This document shows positions 26,501-38,160 of a DNA stretch of 64,000 nucleotides, in pieces (within the stretch, counting starts at the first letter, position 1; each line of letters opens with the position of its first letter). The DNA is taken from contig RDEW01000044.1 of assembly GCA_011109175.1 (NCBI GenBank), forward strand, positions 285,681 to 349,680. The letters are read 5' to 3'. A program made the translations under genes and the position numbers. The notes below the pieces were generated by a model. It saw only the letters and a program-made list of their open reading frames with translations, was not told where the DNA came from and searched no databases. The stretch is from Dicyema japonicum (Eukaryota > Animalia > Dicyemida).

Positions 26501-28993
26501 TGATGGGAATAAGAAGACACTCATAAATGACCTTGATGGGACTCTCCTCGGTTCTAGGGACTGTGCTGCTTTTCCGAAGTCTGTATTTGCCTGGAATGGG
26601 GATGGAAGTAGGGGGGACTGGAGATTACCGACTTCCAACGAGCATGAAGATATTTCCCAATGGCTCTCAGATTCCAATCAACCACGTGAGACAGCACTTG
26701 GGTATCTCTGAATTTGACACAAACAGGAATAATAAGGAATTCGAACTGTACTTACAATCCTGTTTGGAAGGCGTACAACTGTTGTGGGGATAAATATCGC
26801 ATACTGGTTATTGAGAGCATGGATAGTGACACAGAAAAGAGGAGGTTGTCCCCGATCGCCATCAGAAGTGGGGGATATGTTGATCTTATTAATGGACCGG
26901 CTGATCATGGCTGGTGTAATGGATATACCTGCCAATTGAGGATATCCACGTTTTATGCTATTGTTTCCACCGGTTGCTAGTGATTGGGGGATATTTTATA
27001 GGGAGAGTTTATCAGTTATTTATGACATCATCTGCACACCGCCATCTGAGACTGAGACTATTGAATGCCAACTCTGAGGACAAATTAGTCGTGGAATACT
27101 TTTTTGACAGAGTTCAGGGGACAAACGTCTCCATCGACTGAGTGCCTATATTCCCCAGTGGTAGTGGTAGTGTGTACTATTTATAGATCGCATGATTACC
27201 CCCACTACAACTATTTCTGGTGGGAACTATAGAAATCGTTCCACAAAATACCTCCAAGTCGGCTTGAGGGGGTCACAGGCTGTCGACATCGAATTTACGG
27301 AAAGTGTTATCATTGGAGTGTCATCGGTCGTCTCTGAGATTGACTTTTTCGGTTCCAATGTTTTACAAAATTTAATATCATTCCTCGGAGTATCCCCCAG
27401 CAAAGTCAGAGTCGTAAATGTAGTCCGTGAGACGTCCTCTAACCGAGCCAAAAGGTCGGAGGATAAATCACATTTTTTTGATTGAAATTTCGAATTTAGC
27501 CAACGAGACCGCAAACTCGACGAATTTTTTGTCTGACCAACAAATGCAGAATATATCCTCCATTATTTTGAACACAGCCCAGAGTACTGGTCTCTCGACC
27601 ATTCTGAACATTTCTGTACAACTGGGAATTACTTTAAGATATCAACCCTATCGATTTTAGAGCCAATTCCCCCAACTTATACATCCATGTGGGGGAAATA
27701 TCAAAATTCTCTACAGGTAATCTTGATTCCCGACAAATTGCTCATAATATCCCGGACATCCGTAATCTACGAAGAGTCGGTCTCGTCAACCTGGTTTTCG
27801 TTAATTATGCTGGACCCAAATGTTTGTAGTTGGTGATATATTAGAATGCGACTTTGGGGATCCTCGGCTCAATATATAACCCGTGGAAGATTCAACTTGA
27901 AATTTCCGCCAATGGCCACGTCATCAGTGGGAGACAGTTCCTAGCCAGTTTCATATCGGGGGCGGCCAACTTCTCATCACTCCGAATTCCATTTTACGGA
28001 AATAACTTAAATTTCACTTTCCGGGTTTTTCCGTGTTTATAGTTCCAGTCCCTGAACAGTTCATTCATAGCCTCCATTGGTCCCCTAAATATTCTAAAAA
28101 GACGGCTTTCCGTTGACTTACTCCTCAATCAGTCCACAGTTTTCATAAACCAACCGATATCTGGTTTCATCAAAGTCCTCAACATCATCGAAAATGCGAC
28201 GATCAGTAATTTATCGTGGAGGGTATATTTGTCGTACAACTCAGATTTCAAATTGGACATACCAGATCGACGTTGCCGACACCAAAGTGTTACAATATAC
28301 TCGATTAGCTCCCATCCAACAGCAAATCGTCAATGGATCTTTAAACGTCTCATATTATCCACTTTCTCAGATTGGATTTTATATCCTGAATGTTCAGGTT
28401 GCAAGTCATCCCAACGACTACAATATTTCAACACAAAGCAGAATCATTAGAGTCCACAACAGCAGTCTTCGTTTTTTGTGATTTAGACTTTGACTGGAAT
28501 TTATCGGTCAGTAAACCAATAGTCATGGAATTAGACAGAAATATCTCCCACCTGCAAGTCAATCCTCTCCAGATTGAAGCCACCTTGTTTAATTACATCA
28601 GTTTGAACTTTTCGGATATCAATTTTGTGAATTTCCAACTATCCACCGGTACAGCTAATCTAGTTAAGTTAAGGGACATTCAGGGTCACTGTGGTGATTG
28701 AAGGAAATATCACCGAAATGGACGATGCTGGCACTCTGTTTGCCGCATTCTTAAAGCAAAATAATATTTTACATTTTGCGGATCAGAGTGCTGCCCTTAC
28801 AAGCTTAATTTATGAGGACAAAGTCGTATATGGAGGACCGGTAATGGATTGGTTTATTTTAAAGTGAGGATCCAATAAACTCCCGCTCATTCTTGGAATT
28901 TCGTTGGGATCCGTGGCATTCGTTGGAATTGCTTCCGCTGTTATTTGGAAGTTTTTCTTTGCTAAGGTCTCGTCAAATATATTTAAATTTTAA
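14547..28993 (+). CDS. PKHD1L1: Fibrocystin-L / PKHD1L1-like type I membrane protein, about 65 tiny introns, about 4,000 aa; several frame lesions in this assembly
   Basis: The manually spliced frame runs in this order: signal peptide, IPT/TIG repeats ([18 protein letters not shown]), PA14-like region, more IPT repeats, G8 domain 1 ([12 protein letters not shown], about 22190-22945), PbH1 beta-helix ([33 protein letters not shown]), G8 domain 2 (about 25410-25870), [46 protein letters not shown] helix (about 28876-28960), short tail. This matches the known PKHD1L1 order. Confidence 0.93.
17656..17869 (+). other. Kringle domain embedded in the PKHD1L1-like CDS (split by a 25-nt intron)
   Basis: [63 protein letters not shown] contains six Cys and the YxG, NxCRNPD, PWCY and WEYC motifs. 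Confidence 0.9.
18519..18766. repeat. 123-bp exact tandem duplication inside the PKHD1L1-like gene
   Basis: Exon end, 23-nt intron and exon start are repeated verbatim. Probably an assembly artefact. Confidence 0.9.
19094..19389. repeat. 148-bp exact tandem duplication inside the PKHD1L1-like gene
   Basis: gaatataaacaacg...aaattaaga occurs twice. Confidence 0.9.
22070..22430. repeat. 174-bp duplication across a 13-N gap; the copies differ at 3 synonymous sites
   Basis: Copies are 22070-22243 and 22257-22430. Differences are aga/agg, gct/gcc and gtg/gtc. Confidence 0.92.
22554..22884. repeat. 166-bp tandem duplication in G8 domain 1
   Basis: The copies differ by cac/cat (synonymous) and a 1-bp deletion in copy 2. 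Confidence 0.9.
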
Positions 28994-29367
28994 CACGTGA
29001 CTGACTCACATAAACTAACATGATATTCTCTTATTAATAATGTGATCCTTCAACCTCTTCTAAGTTTGAGACTAGTCACAAACTATGATGCGACGCTCCG
29101 GATTACGTTACTGACTCTCCAACGTGATATATGGTAGAGCTGTGATATTCGTGGAGTATGACACTAGATTAGATGGTCCGTTTGTGGTTATCAAGAAAAC
29201 AGGAAGATTATGTGTATTTATGCTCTTTAATACAATCTTTTTTAATCATTGGATTGTTTTTTGAGTAACGTGCTAATGTGGCTTACTCGATAAGGTGTCA
29301 CCCATTCCGGAAAGGAACGAAAAGAGCCAATAACTTCTCCCCACCTCTTGGGGGTTCACGTAATCAT

Positions 29368-29692
29368 AATTTAATATCAATAAATTTTTAATTCAATTAT
29401 TTATTTATTTTCTGATAAAAATAATAAATTCAATTAATGAAAGTCCGTCTTGTGGTGCACCAAAATTTAATTTTCAAAGTTGCGTCATGTGATTCATCAG
29501 TCGCGAAGGTTTTGATGGCGCTGTGGAATTTAATATCAATATTTTCAAAATATAATTTTTAATTCAATTATTTATTTATTTTCTGATAAAAATAATAAAT
29601 TCAATTAATGAAAGTCCGTCTTGTGGTGCACCAAAATTTAATTTTCAAAGTTGCGTCATGTGATTCATCAGTCGCGAAGGTTTTGATGGCGC
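29368..29692. repeat. About 160-bp tandem duplication, intergenic
   Basis: aatttaatatcaata...gatggcgc occurs twice with a short indel. Confidence 0.85.
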
Positions 29693-29948
29693 AGTGGGAT
29701 CATTTACTACATCGCGAAAAAGAACCATTAGCTCTTTTCCCTAAAACAACTCGTGCCCGACCGACAAATGCCAAATGATCAACTGATTGTGAACATAGTT
29801 AAAGTGAAAATTATTGAAAAGTACTTATTTTAAAATTCAAGATTGACAGAAGGTATCGCTTATTGACACTACCTTTATTTTTATGATTTTACATAAGCCG
29901 GTCGGAGCTTCACCTGCGACTTGATTGGTGGAGATCTGAAACTCCATC

Positions 29949-30940
29949 NNNNNNNNNNNNNNNNNNNNNNNNNNNNNNNNNNNNNNNNNNNNNNNNNNNN
30001 NNNNNNNNNNNNNNNNNNNNNNNNNNNNNNNNNNNNNNNNNNNNNNNNNNNNNNNNNNNNNNNNNNNNNNNNNNNNNNNNNNNNNNNNNNNNNNNNNNNN
30101 NNNNNNNNNNNNNNNNNNNNNNNNNNNNNNNNNNNNNNNNNNNNNNNNNNNNNNNNNNNNNNNNNNNNNNNNNNNNNNNNNNNNNNNNNNNNNNNNNNNN
30201 NNNNNNNNNNNNNNNNNNNNNNNNNNNNNNNNNNNNNNNNNNNNNNNNNNNNNNNNNNNNNNNNNNNNNNNNNNNNNNNNNNNNNNNNNNNNNNNNNNNN
30301 NNNNNNNNNNNNNNNNNNNNNNNNNNNNNNNNNNNNNNNNNNNNNNNNNNNNNNNNNNNNNNNNNNNNNNNNNNNNNNNNNNNNNNNNNNNNNNNNNNNN
30401 NNNNNNNNNNNNNNNNNNNNNNNNNNNNNNNNNNNNNNNNNNNNNNNNNNNNNNNNNNNNNNNNNNNNNNNNNNNNNNNNNNNNNNNNNNNNNNNNNNNN
30501 NNNNNNNNNNNNNNNNNNNNNNNNNNNNNNNNNNNNNNNNNNNNNNNNNNNNNNNNNNNNNNNNNNNNNNNNNNNNNNNNNNNNNNNNNNNNNNNNNNNN
30601 NNNNNNNNNNNNNNNNNNNNNNNNNNNNNNNNNNNNNNNNNNNNNNNNNNNNNNNNNNNNNNNNNNNNNNNNNNNNNNNNNNNNNNNNNNNNNNNNNNNN
30701 NNNNNNNNNNNNNNNNNNNNNNNNNNNNNNNNNNNNNNNNNNNNNNNNNNNNNNNNNNNNNNNNNNNNNNNNNNNNNNNNNNNNNNNNNNNNNNNNNNNN
30801 NNNNNNNNNNNNNNNNNNNNNNNNNNNNNNNNNNNNNNNNNNNNNNNNNNNNNNNNNNNNNNNNNNNNNNNNNNNNNNNNNNNNNNNNNNNNNNNNNNNN
30901 NNNNNNNNNNNNNNNNNNNNNNNNNNNNNNNNNNNNNNNN
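29949..30940. other. Assembly gap (992 N)
   Basis: A run of N; the ORFs spanning it in the supplied track are artefacts. Confidence 1.
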
Positions 30941-31324
30941 AAAAAATTGATATTTGAGATTAATCTCCTCGAATTTCTGCTTGATCTTGACGTAGTTGTA
31001 AGACACTGATTCTATCATTGACTTTCCAGCAACAATATACTCTGGGAATATAGTCTTTGTGTGTGGCAAAGCCTTGTCCATAATGCTTTGATTCCGAGGG
31101 AAGCAATAGTAACCTGTAATTTTCATGTGCTTCATAGAGTCCATTTTTTATTTTAGTCTCCTGCAGGCAGCATACAGAACCCAGGTATTTCTCAACATCC
31201 GAACATAGAAGCTGCCTCTTAGCCACGTTATTCAGACTTCTGACATTGAAGGTTAGGATAGTCAGGTCATTAAATTGTTCTGAATCCTTTGCAGACATAG
31301 GTGCAAGAGAGGCACGTCACCACC
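30941..31324 (-). mobile_element. 5' end (leader + APE N-terminus) of an RTE LINE running into the gap
   Basis: The ORF reads LTILTFNVRSL...CCLQETKI...SKHYGQGF. The leader motif GGTGGTGACGTGCCTC (31309-31324) is identical to 6666-6681. Confidence 0.85.
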
Positions 31325-31459
31325 TCAACCAAATAACAGCTACAGATTTAAATAAAAAATTTTTAAATAAAAAAATATAAATTAATTTTAGGAAATTTTT
31401 TAATTAGCATTATATTCTTAACTAAAATCATAAACTAATATTAAAAAATATAATTTAGC

Positions 31460-34250
31460 GTGCGTCAAGTGGTTCACCGTTTCTGGTGGCGTCGGATATA
31501 GTCCTAAACTATGTCTAAAAAAAACCATTTGCTCCCTACCAACCAGAGGACTTCCCACTGGACAGCATTCTCTCAATGTTGGAACATTCTATCGATTGAG
31601 ACTGTTGACCTCAGGAGACGTGGAACAAAATCCAGACCCAAAGAAGTTAACAATTCAAAGCTTAAAGACAAACGGGATCAGAGGAAAGATTGCTTAACTT
31701 TCCTTATTCTTGGAGAGGAACAAAGTAGATATCTGCCTTCTCCAGGAAACGAAGCTTTCAAGTAACATTCCTACTCCTCTCTTTAATGGATACAACACAA
31801 CAAGATCCGACCGCCCATCTGGCCAAGGAGGGGGTCTACTGACTCTCGTGAGAAAAGGAATAAAATACATCGAGAACCCTTCTCCTTACAAGAGCCTAAT
31901 GGAAGACTTAAACATGGAGATAATTGGAATATCTGTTATAACTTCCATTGGAAAATTTGAAATTGCGAATTTTTATGTTCCTCCTCCTGGCTCCTGCAGG
32001 AAAAATTTATGCTTTACCTATCGACCTTGGACAAACTGGAGAACTTGTTTTTATGTGGAGACCTGAATGCAAAGCACCCTTCTTGGTTCCGCTAGCAGGT
32101 CGCTGATAACAGAGGAAACCTTCTATTATCCCAAATACAAAACTTAATAATCTTCAACAACCCGAAAAAGAACACTAGGACAGCATACAACACGAAGGAC
32201 ATGGTGACATCTACGGACTTATCGATCTGCTCGCCTCGTCTTTCCCCGATCATTAATTGGATGGTCCGCTATGACCTCCGGAGTGACCACCATTCGATGA
32301 TAATGAAGCTGAACTGCGAGCCACGTTTTGTACCGAAGCCTATTCATTTCTATGATTACAAAAATGCAAATTGGACTGGCTTTACAAATTTCGTTGATTC
32401 AAAACTGCAACATTTCCACCCTGAAAATTTCTCTTCCATAGACAAAGCTGCATACTATTTCAACAAAACAATCACAGGAGAAAAATTTTTATCAGAAAAG
32501 CATATATAAAAAACGAAAAATTAAAATACGACTTAAAAACAAAGAAAATAATTATGGAAAAAATCACCATTAAGAGAATGACACATCGATCAAGAGAGGT
32601 CATTAATCGAATCAGGGCACTAAACATTCTTATCACGAAAACCAGAACACCCGAAGGAAGAAACTCATGGGAATCTCTGTTCCCATGAATAATCAGATCT
32701 CAATTTCCAACATGTGGAAGATGTTGAGGCGTCTGAAGAACCCAGAATACAAGGACAACAAAGAACAATGCCAACTCAATTTGAATAAATTTATGAAACA
32801 TTGTATCCGAATCAGTTCCTTATAAAAAGATCAACACACAAACGAAAATAAAGAGCAAGCCATCCAAAATAGCCCCGCTGATTTATTTTTTCCTAAATAT
32901 TTATCCAAAGCAATATCAGATCAGAAAAAAACAAACTCATGTGGCCCAGACGGAATTCCTCTTATTCTGCTGAAACACTTGGGCCCAGCATCAATAAATG
33001 CATTAACAATCATCCACAACACATCGCTGAACATAAATACCATTCCGATTTTATGGAAACTATCAAAAATTCGTCCAATAATTGAAACCGGGAAGACCAA
33101 AAAACGATCCCGGCTCTTACAGATCAGTCTTCCTTATATGTGTTTTGTCGAGGATCCTGGAGAAACTGGTCCTAAAACTTATTCGCCCCTCCTCCCACAA
33201 CTTACATTCCAAAATGGCTTCAAGGAAGGATTATCAACAACCTCCTTCCAAATAACACTAATGAAGTTCATAACTGAATGACACAAGAACAAGCCAAAAC
33301 AGGAAAAATCGGTCATATGTATAATCGACATTCAAAAAGCATTCGAATCTGTCCCAAGGAAGATCCTCATACAAAAATTATTTTTGACAAAAATTGATGC
33401 ACCACTAAAGTTATGGATAGCAAATTTCTTAAGTGGACGCCGAGGGAACGTGTCCGTCGGAAACAAGAGTTCCAGATCGAGATTATTACCCAATGGTGTA
33501 ACCCAGGGATCTCCTTTGTCACCAATCTTCTTTAATTTGTCAGCAGTCACTCTATTTACTAAGAATAGAATGATGGGAACGCAAACAATTAATGTCACGT
33601 TAAATGGAGTACCTATACCACAAAAGAAATCGCAGAAAATACTGGGAGTAACTATTGATATTTTCCTCTGCTTCTCAACCCATGTGGAATCCATAATATC
33701 AACCTGTGCAAAGAAGATCAAATTTGTAAAAGCCTTCCTTTGGAACTGTGGAGGAATTTATCCGCCAGGTATCGGGACCCTCTACAAGCAGNTTTCCTCT
33801 GCTTCTCAACCCATGTGGAATCCATAATATCAACCTGTGCAAATAAGATCAAATTTGTAAAAGCCTTCCTTTGGAACTGTGGAGGAATTTATCCGCCAGG
33901 TTTCGGGACCCTCTACAAGCAGTATATCGAGCCAACAATAAGCTATGCATGTACTGCATGGGGATCTAACCTGGCGGCTACGAACCTAATAAAAATTCAA
34001 GAGATCCAGCCAAGAGCAATAAAATTACTGGTAAAAATATACAGATAAAGAAATTGCCCCAGAACACTCGAGTCTATCATAGAGGCAACTGGAGGCAATT
34101 TCAGAAGAGGAGGGAAAATAGAGTCCCGTTTGTATAGAAAATGTGTGGGGTCACGGTCGGAGCATCTAGAAAAAATGGCCCAATTATTGAGAGATGCCTG
34201 GATCACCTGAATATTAGTTAGTGGTTCAGACGGTGTTTAATAATAATAAA
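31460..34250 (+). mobile_element. I/Jockey-group APE-RT LINE, near full length, no ORF1 seen, disrupted
   Basis: Motifs in order: NGIRGK, ICLLQETKL, NFYVPPPG, GDLNAKH, SDH, IDIQKAFESV, GVTQGSPLSP, LGVTID, YACTAW. It ends in a (TAA)n tail near 34240. Confidence 0.88.
33662..33922. repeat. 130-bp duplication joined by a single N
   Basis: Two copies flank the n near 33792. Confidence 0.85.
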
Positions 34251-34449
34251 GCCTTTTCACGAGAGCCATAGTATTTATAGCTCCGCATAGGCAGGACACA
34301 CTTTATTTAAGTAAAGAACAGCTAATTTTAACTAATCGTAGAACCAAGGAATGATCTTCACTTCTTTTTTTTCTTTTTCTTGTGTGAGTGTCCTCTCTAG
34401 ACAATCCAGTTCCGCAGTGAGTATCCACTGATGACGGCGTCACTTGTCA

Positions 34450-36830
34450 AACCCTTTCTGCATCGTAGATAAATTATTTTCCTTCGATAGCGTCATTGGA
34501 CTACACTGAAAAGACGCCCAATGCCTGTCCGGCATCAAGAAAATCCAACTATTTTTCCCCGAGGGACAATTTCGTTACTTGGAGATAAGTTCTGGAATTT
34601 TGGAATGAGCGTGCTTGGAGTATGGCACTGCCAGTCATGCCTCGGTTTATGCAGGGAAGTTCCCCTTGCCCGTGGCAACGTTAACTCTCCCGTTAATTAT
34701 CTATCAACCACGGTCCCTGAAACATTCCTACGTTTCATCGCTGAATTACGTTCTTCACGGACTATCCCTGTGAAGATTCCCAAGGCCATACGACCTGTTG
34801 CTGCGGAGGCCCTTACCAAAACGATCGAAGATGCCCTCCGGACTAACGCAGTACATGATTGGATGCGCTTATTCGACGGAATGAGACATGGCTACCTGAA
34901 GCATCTAACCTCTTTGTCCGTAGGAGACCAGGGACTTCGTCTTACGAATTCAATTACTTCACTTATGAACCTGATCATGTCTGGAGTTATTCCCGAAGTT
35001 ATCCGCCGTCCTGTTCTCCGCCAATTTGATAGCCTTCGGTATTCGCTTGGGATGCGAAACCGCTCTCCATTCAGTGAGGACATTCATAAACCGCAGTATA
35101 GAAGATTTCCGGGGACATGTCCTGGTCAACCTGGACATCAAGAACGTCTTCAATAGTATAAGGAGGGACAATATCCAGGAGGCGTGTGTTGAGAGATGCC
35201 CTAATATTTTCAAATTTGTAAATCAGTCATACAGCCTACCTTCATCCTTAGTTTTCTGGGACTAACTAATCCATTCGTATTCTGGAGTGCAACAGGTAGA
35301 TACCCTTGGACCCCTATTGTTTTGTCTTGCAATAGAGAAAATCACTAAACTTCCGTGCTCGCCCCTCAACCTATGGTATCTGGATGATGCGATCCTCGGA
35401 GGACCCCCGGATACTATTTTCCGGGATTTGGAAGTGATAATTCCAGCACTGTTGTAAGCTGGACTGGAATTAAATGGCACTAAATGCGAAATCTACAATT
35501 GTGAACTTTCAGAAGAGAAGTATTCAAAAGCTTTGTCATGTTTCGGAAATTTACTCCCTGAAAGTATTTCCACGCCCTATGAAAAACTTATATTCCTTGG
35601 ATCCCCAATCACCATTAATGCAATGGGAAGAGCTATACGTAAAAAAACGACAGTTACTCAGAGAAACTCTGAACCGCTTGTGTCTACTTGACATACATAA
35701 AACATTATTCCTCCTGAAAAACAGTTTCAAAAAGTTTGCATATGTCCTGAGGATCGCTTCCTATTTCACCCTGTATGACCAACTCCCACAGATTAACGAG
35801 ATCTTCCGTACGACAGCGGAATGTATCTTTAACGTCCGGTTCGAGGATTACTCATGGAAGCAAGCCAGGCTGCCAGTGAGACTCGGAAGACTTGGAATTC
35901 GGAACCCTGTGGACCATTATCTCCCTTCATCGCTAGTGGTCTGTAACTTCCATGTCAAGAGGATTCTAGATTCTCTACCTGAATTTTTTATTGATAAGGA
36001 CACCGACCATACTCGTAAGGCCTGGAACCGCACTTATTAGCTTTCCCTGCCTTCCTCGTTCTCTCGGCAGGGCTTGGACGATGCTGGTATTCTTTCAAAG
36101 ATTTGCTAGTGTCATCTAGCCAAAATCACCGTGCCTGTTTGTTGTCTGGGGCGTCTTCCGAGAGCGGTGCCTGGCTTAACGCTATTCCCAATGGAGTTCT
36201 GGGTATTTTCCTAGATGATGAATGCGTCCATATTGGGATCTCATTGCGACTGGGATTAAGAGTCTGTGTTCCACATCCGTTCCGATGCGAAGACTACACT
36301 CCTGTATTGGACTACACCCACTCCTGCAGGAAGAGTGCAAGCAGATTTCCCAGACACATGGCCTTGAACGAAGTCGCTAGGCGAGCTTTGGACGCCGCCG
36401 GAAAGCCCTACATGCTCTAACCAGTCGTTCTTTGTAGGCGGGACGGGAAACGGGACATTATTCCCCTTTGAAGCTGGGAAACTTCTTGTCTAAGGCGTTT
36501 CCTGCACCGATACATTTGCCTCTTGCAACATACTCTAGAGTGCCTTTGAAGCCTCTTCTGCCGCTGAAAAGGCCGAGAAAATGAAACGAGTAAAGTACGA
36601 GGTCCTACCCAAGGATTTTTTGTTTTTTCCAATCGCCGTTGAGACGTCTGGTTCCCTTGTGCCTGCGACTCTGGAATTCTTGAGTCGTCTAGGGAATCGG
36701 ATCGCTACACGAATAGGAGACCCTAGTGAGCGCTGCTGTTTATTCAAGCGAATTTCGCTCGCTATCATGAGAGGGATAGTCACGCAGTCAGGGCAGCCGC
36801 TATATAACCGTTTACTTTCTTTTCTTTAAT
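34450..36830 (+). mobile_element. CRE-like non-LTR retrotransposon with a restriction-like endonuclease (REL), disrupted
   Basis: Motifs: GCETALH, LDIKNVFNSI, SGVQQVDTLGPLLF, YLDD, ARLPVRLGRLGIR, SGAWLNAIP, LRLGLRVC..H..RC, RH.ALNE, DGKR, FPIAVETSG, ISLAIMRG. The region between the N-terminus and the RT appears internally deleted near 34875. Confidence 0.85.
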
Positions 36831-36891
36831 TTTAAAGACTAATTAAAAAATAAATATAATAAAGTTTATTAAAATATTTTAAAAATATGAA

Positions 36892-36900
36892 TTGACCTAA
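36892..36900 (+). promoter_or_regulatory. TTGACCTAA motif 22 nt upstream of the orphan gene ATG
   Basis: The same 9-mer as 4109-4117 and 50372-50380. Confidence 0.3.
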
Positions 36901-36922
36901 ATTATATTTGGGTTAAGAGAAC

Positions 36923-38160
36923 ATGACTAATCAATTTATTATATTATTTTTGGTCAGAAGAATAATAATGAATTCTGATTGGAAGCTAGTATTTGGTGGA
37001 GAGATTATTCATCGTAAGCATTCTTATCAAATTTCATTTTTAGCAAACAGCGATACGATCACATATTGGAATGCGAAATTGAATTCAGCAATGAACATTG
37101 TATGGATAAACGAATTCGAGTTATTTGAATTAAATTTTGAACTCACCCCTAAAATTTATAATGAATTTTATGAAATTGAATTAAACACTGAAATAATTGT
37201 ACCTAAGACTCTTAAACATTACTCTAATGTCAGACTGATTTGTAAAACCAAATTTGCGGATATACTTATGTTTGCTTTATTAATCATTTTTCTTTTACAA
37301 TTTATTCAATGAAGATACAATACTATCAGAATGGTTCACTAGGATATTATACTGGACGAGGTTCTCTTTGTAGTATATTTAGCAAATGACTGCAATCCAC
37401 ACAATGAACCAGAACAGCCGATTTGGTATTTAGTCAGATATCATTATCTCCGAGCTGTAATAAGTGGAATTTTCAAAATATCATATATTGATGATAATCA
37501 TACTGTTGACATGATGTATCATTCCTAGAAGAAATACGAGTTATTCACTGAAGATGCATACATCGATCCATATTTTGTGAATGATTATCATATCGATTTT
37601 AAGTTGATTGGTAAGCATTCTCAAATACTAATTAAAACATCTAAATATGAGGGAAAATATAATATTACTATGATTTCTGTTTGGCTTGAATACAAAAAAT
37701 ATAATTTTGAATTAAAAAATAAATTTAAAACTATTAAAAATGAAAATTACTATCAATGTGGAGTAATCAAACAAAACTATGAAAATGTGTTCATTGAAAT
37801 TACATCTCTTAAAATGCAACTCTTCCGTAATGATTTGAGTTTAGAATTTATTGGAGAAGGTAAATAAACCAGGCTGAATTTTAGGTGAAGGATGCTTTGA
37901 GGAAACAAAATCTACGATTAATCATCATAAAATTGGAGATGGTGAGTATACCTGACTGAATTTTAGAGAATGATAGTTTCGAAAAACAAATATCCGTTGT
38001 AAATAAGGCCGCAAAAAAATCGATTAAAGGTGTAATAATTGGAATCGTATGTGGAGTTGTCGGTCTACTATTTACTGGTGTCGTTGTTACTATTTATTTG
38101 AAACTCAAATCACAAACTGAAACACAAGAAAACATTCCATTAGTCTTTTTATCTAACTAA
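36923..38160 (+). CDS. Orphan, probable type I membrane protein with tiny introns
   Basis: It has a hydrophobic N-terminus. 22-25-nt GT-AG introns link open frames (for example 37860-37884 and 37942-37966). The last exon encodes IKGVIIGIVCGVVGLLFTGVVVTIYLKLK (TM + basic stop-transfer) and ends at TAA 38158-38160. One junction near 37270-37315 is unresolved. Confidence 0.6.

Noticed and set aside
19417-27141. Stop-codon reassignment (TAA/TGA read as sense), suggested by the in-frame stops and ciliate-like tiny introns
   Set aside because: TAA terminates AAT (5478-5480) and TGA terminates the USP gene (47919-47921) exactly at the homologous C-termini. In-frame stops are too rare in about 15 kb of coding sequence for a reassigned code.
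28790-28870. In-frame TGA at 28865 just before the TM exon
   Set aside because: An alternative pair of 29-nt and 28-nt GT-AG introns gives an open frame into the TM segment, so no lesion needs to be invoked. The exact junctions are unresolved.
29837-31144. Long ORFs of 435 and 362 aa in the supplied track, also those at 8200-8731 and 50550-51426
   Set aside because: They are composed of N-gap translation (X runs).
31455-31500. tRNA-derived (Pol III A-box) head on the I/Jockey-type LINE leaders
   Set aside because: There is only a loose A-box resemblance (tgcgtcaagtgg; tggcgttatgtgg), with no B-box and no cloverleaf.
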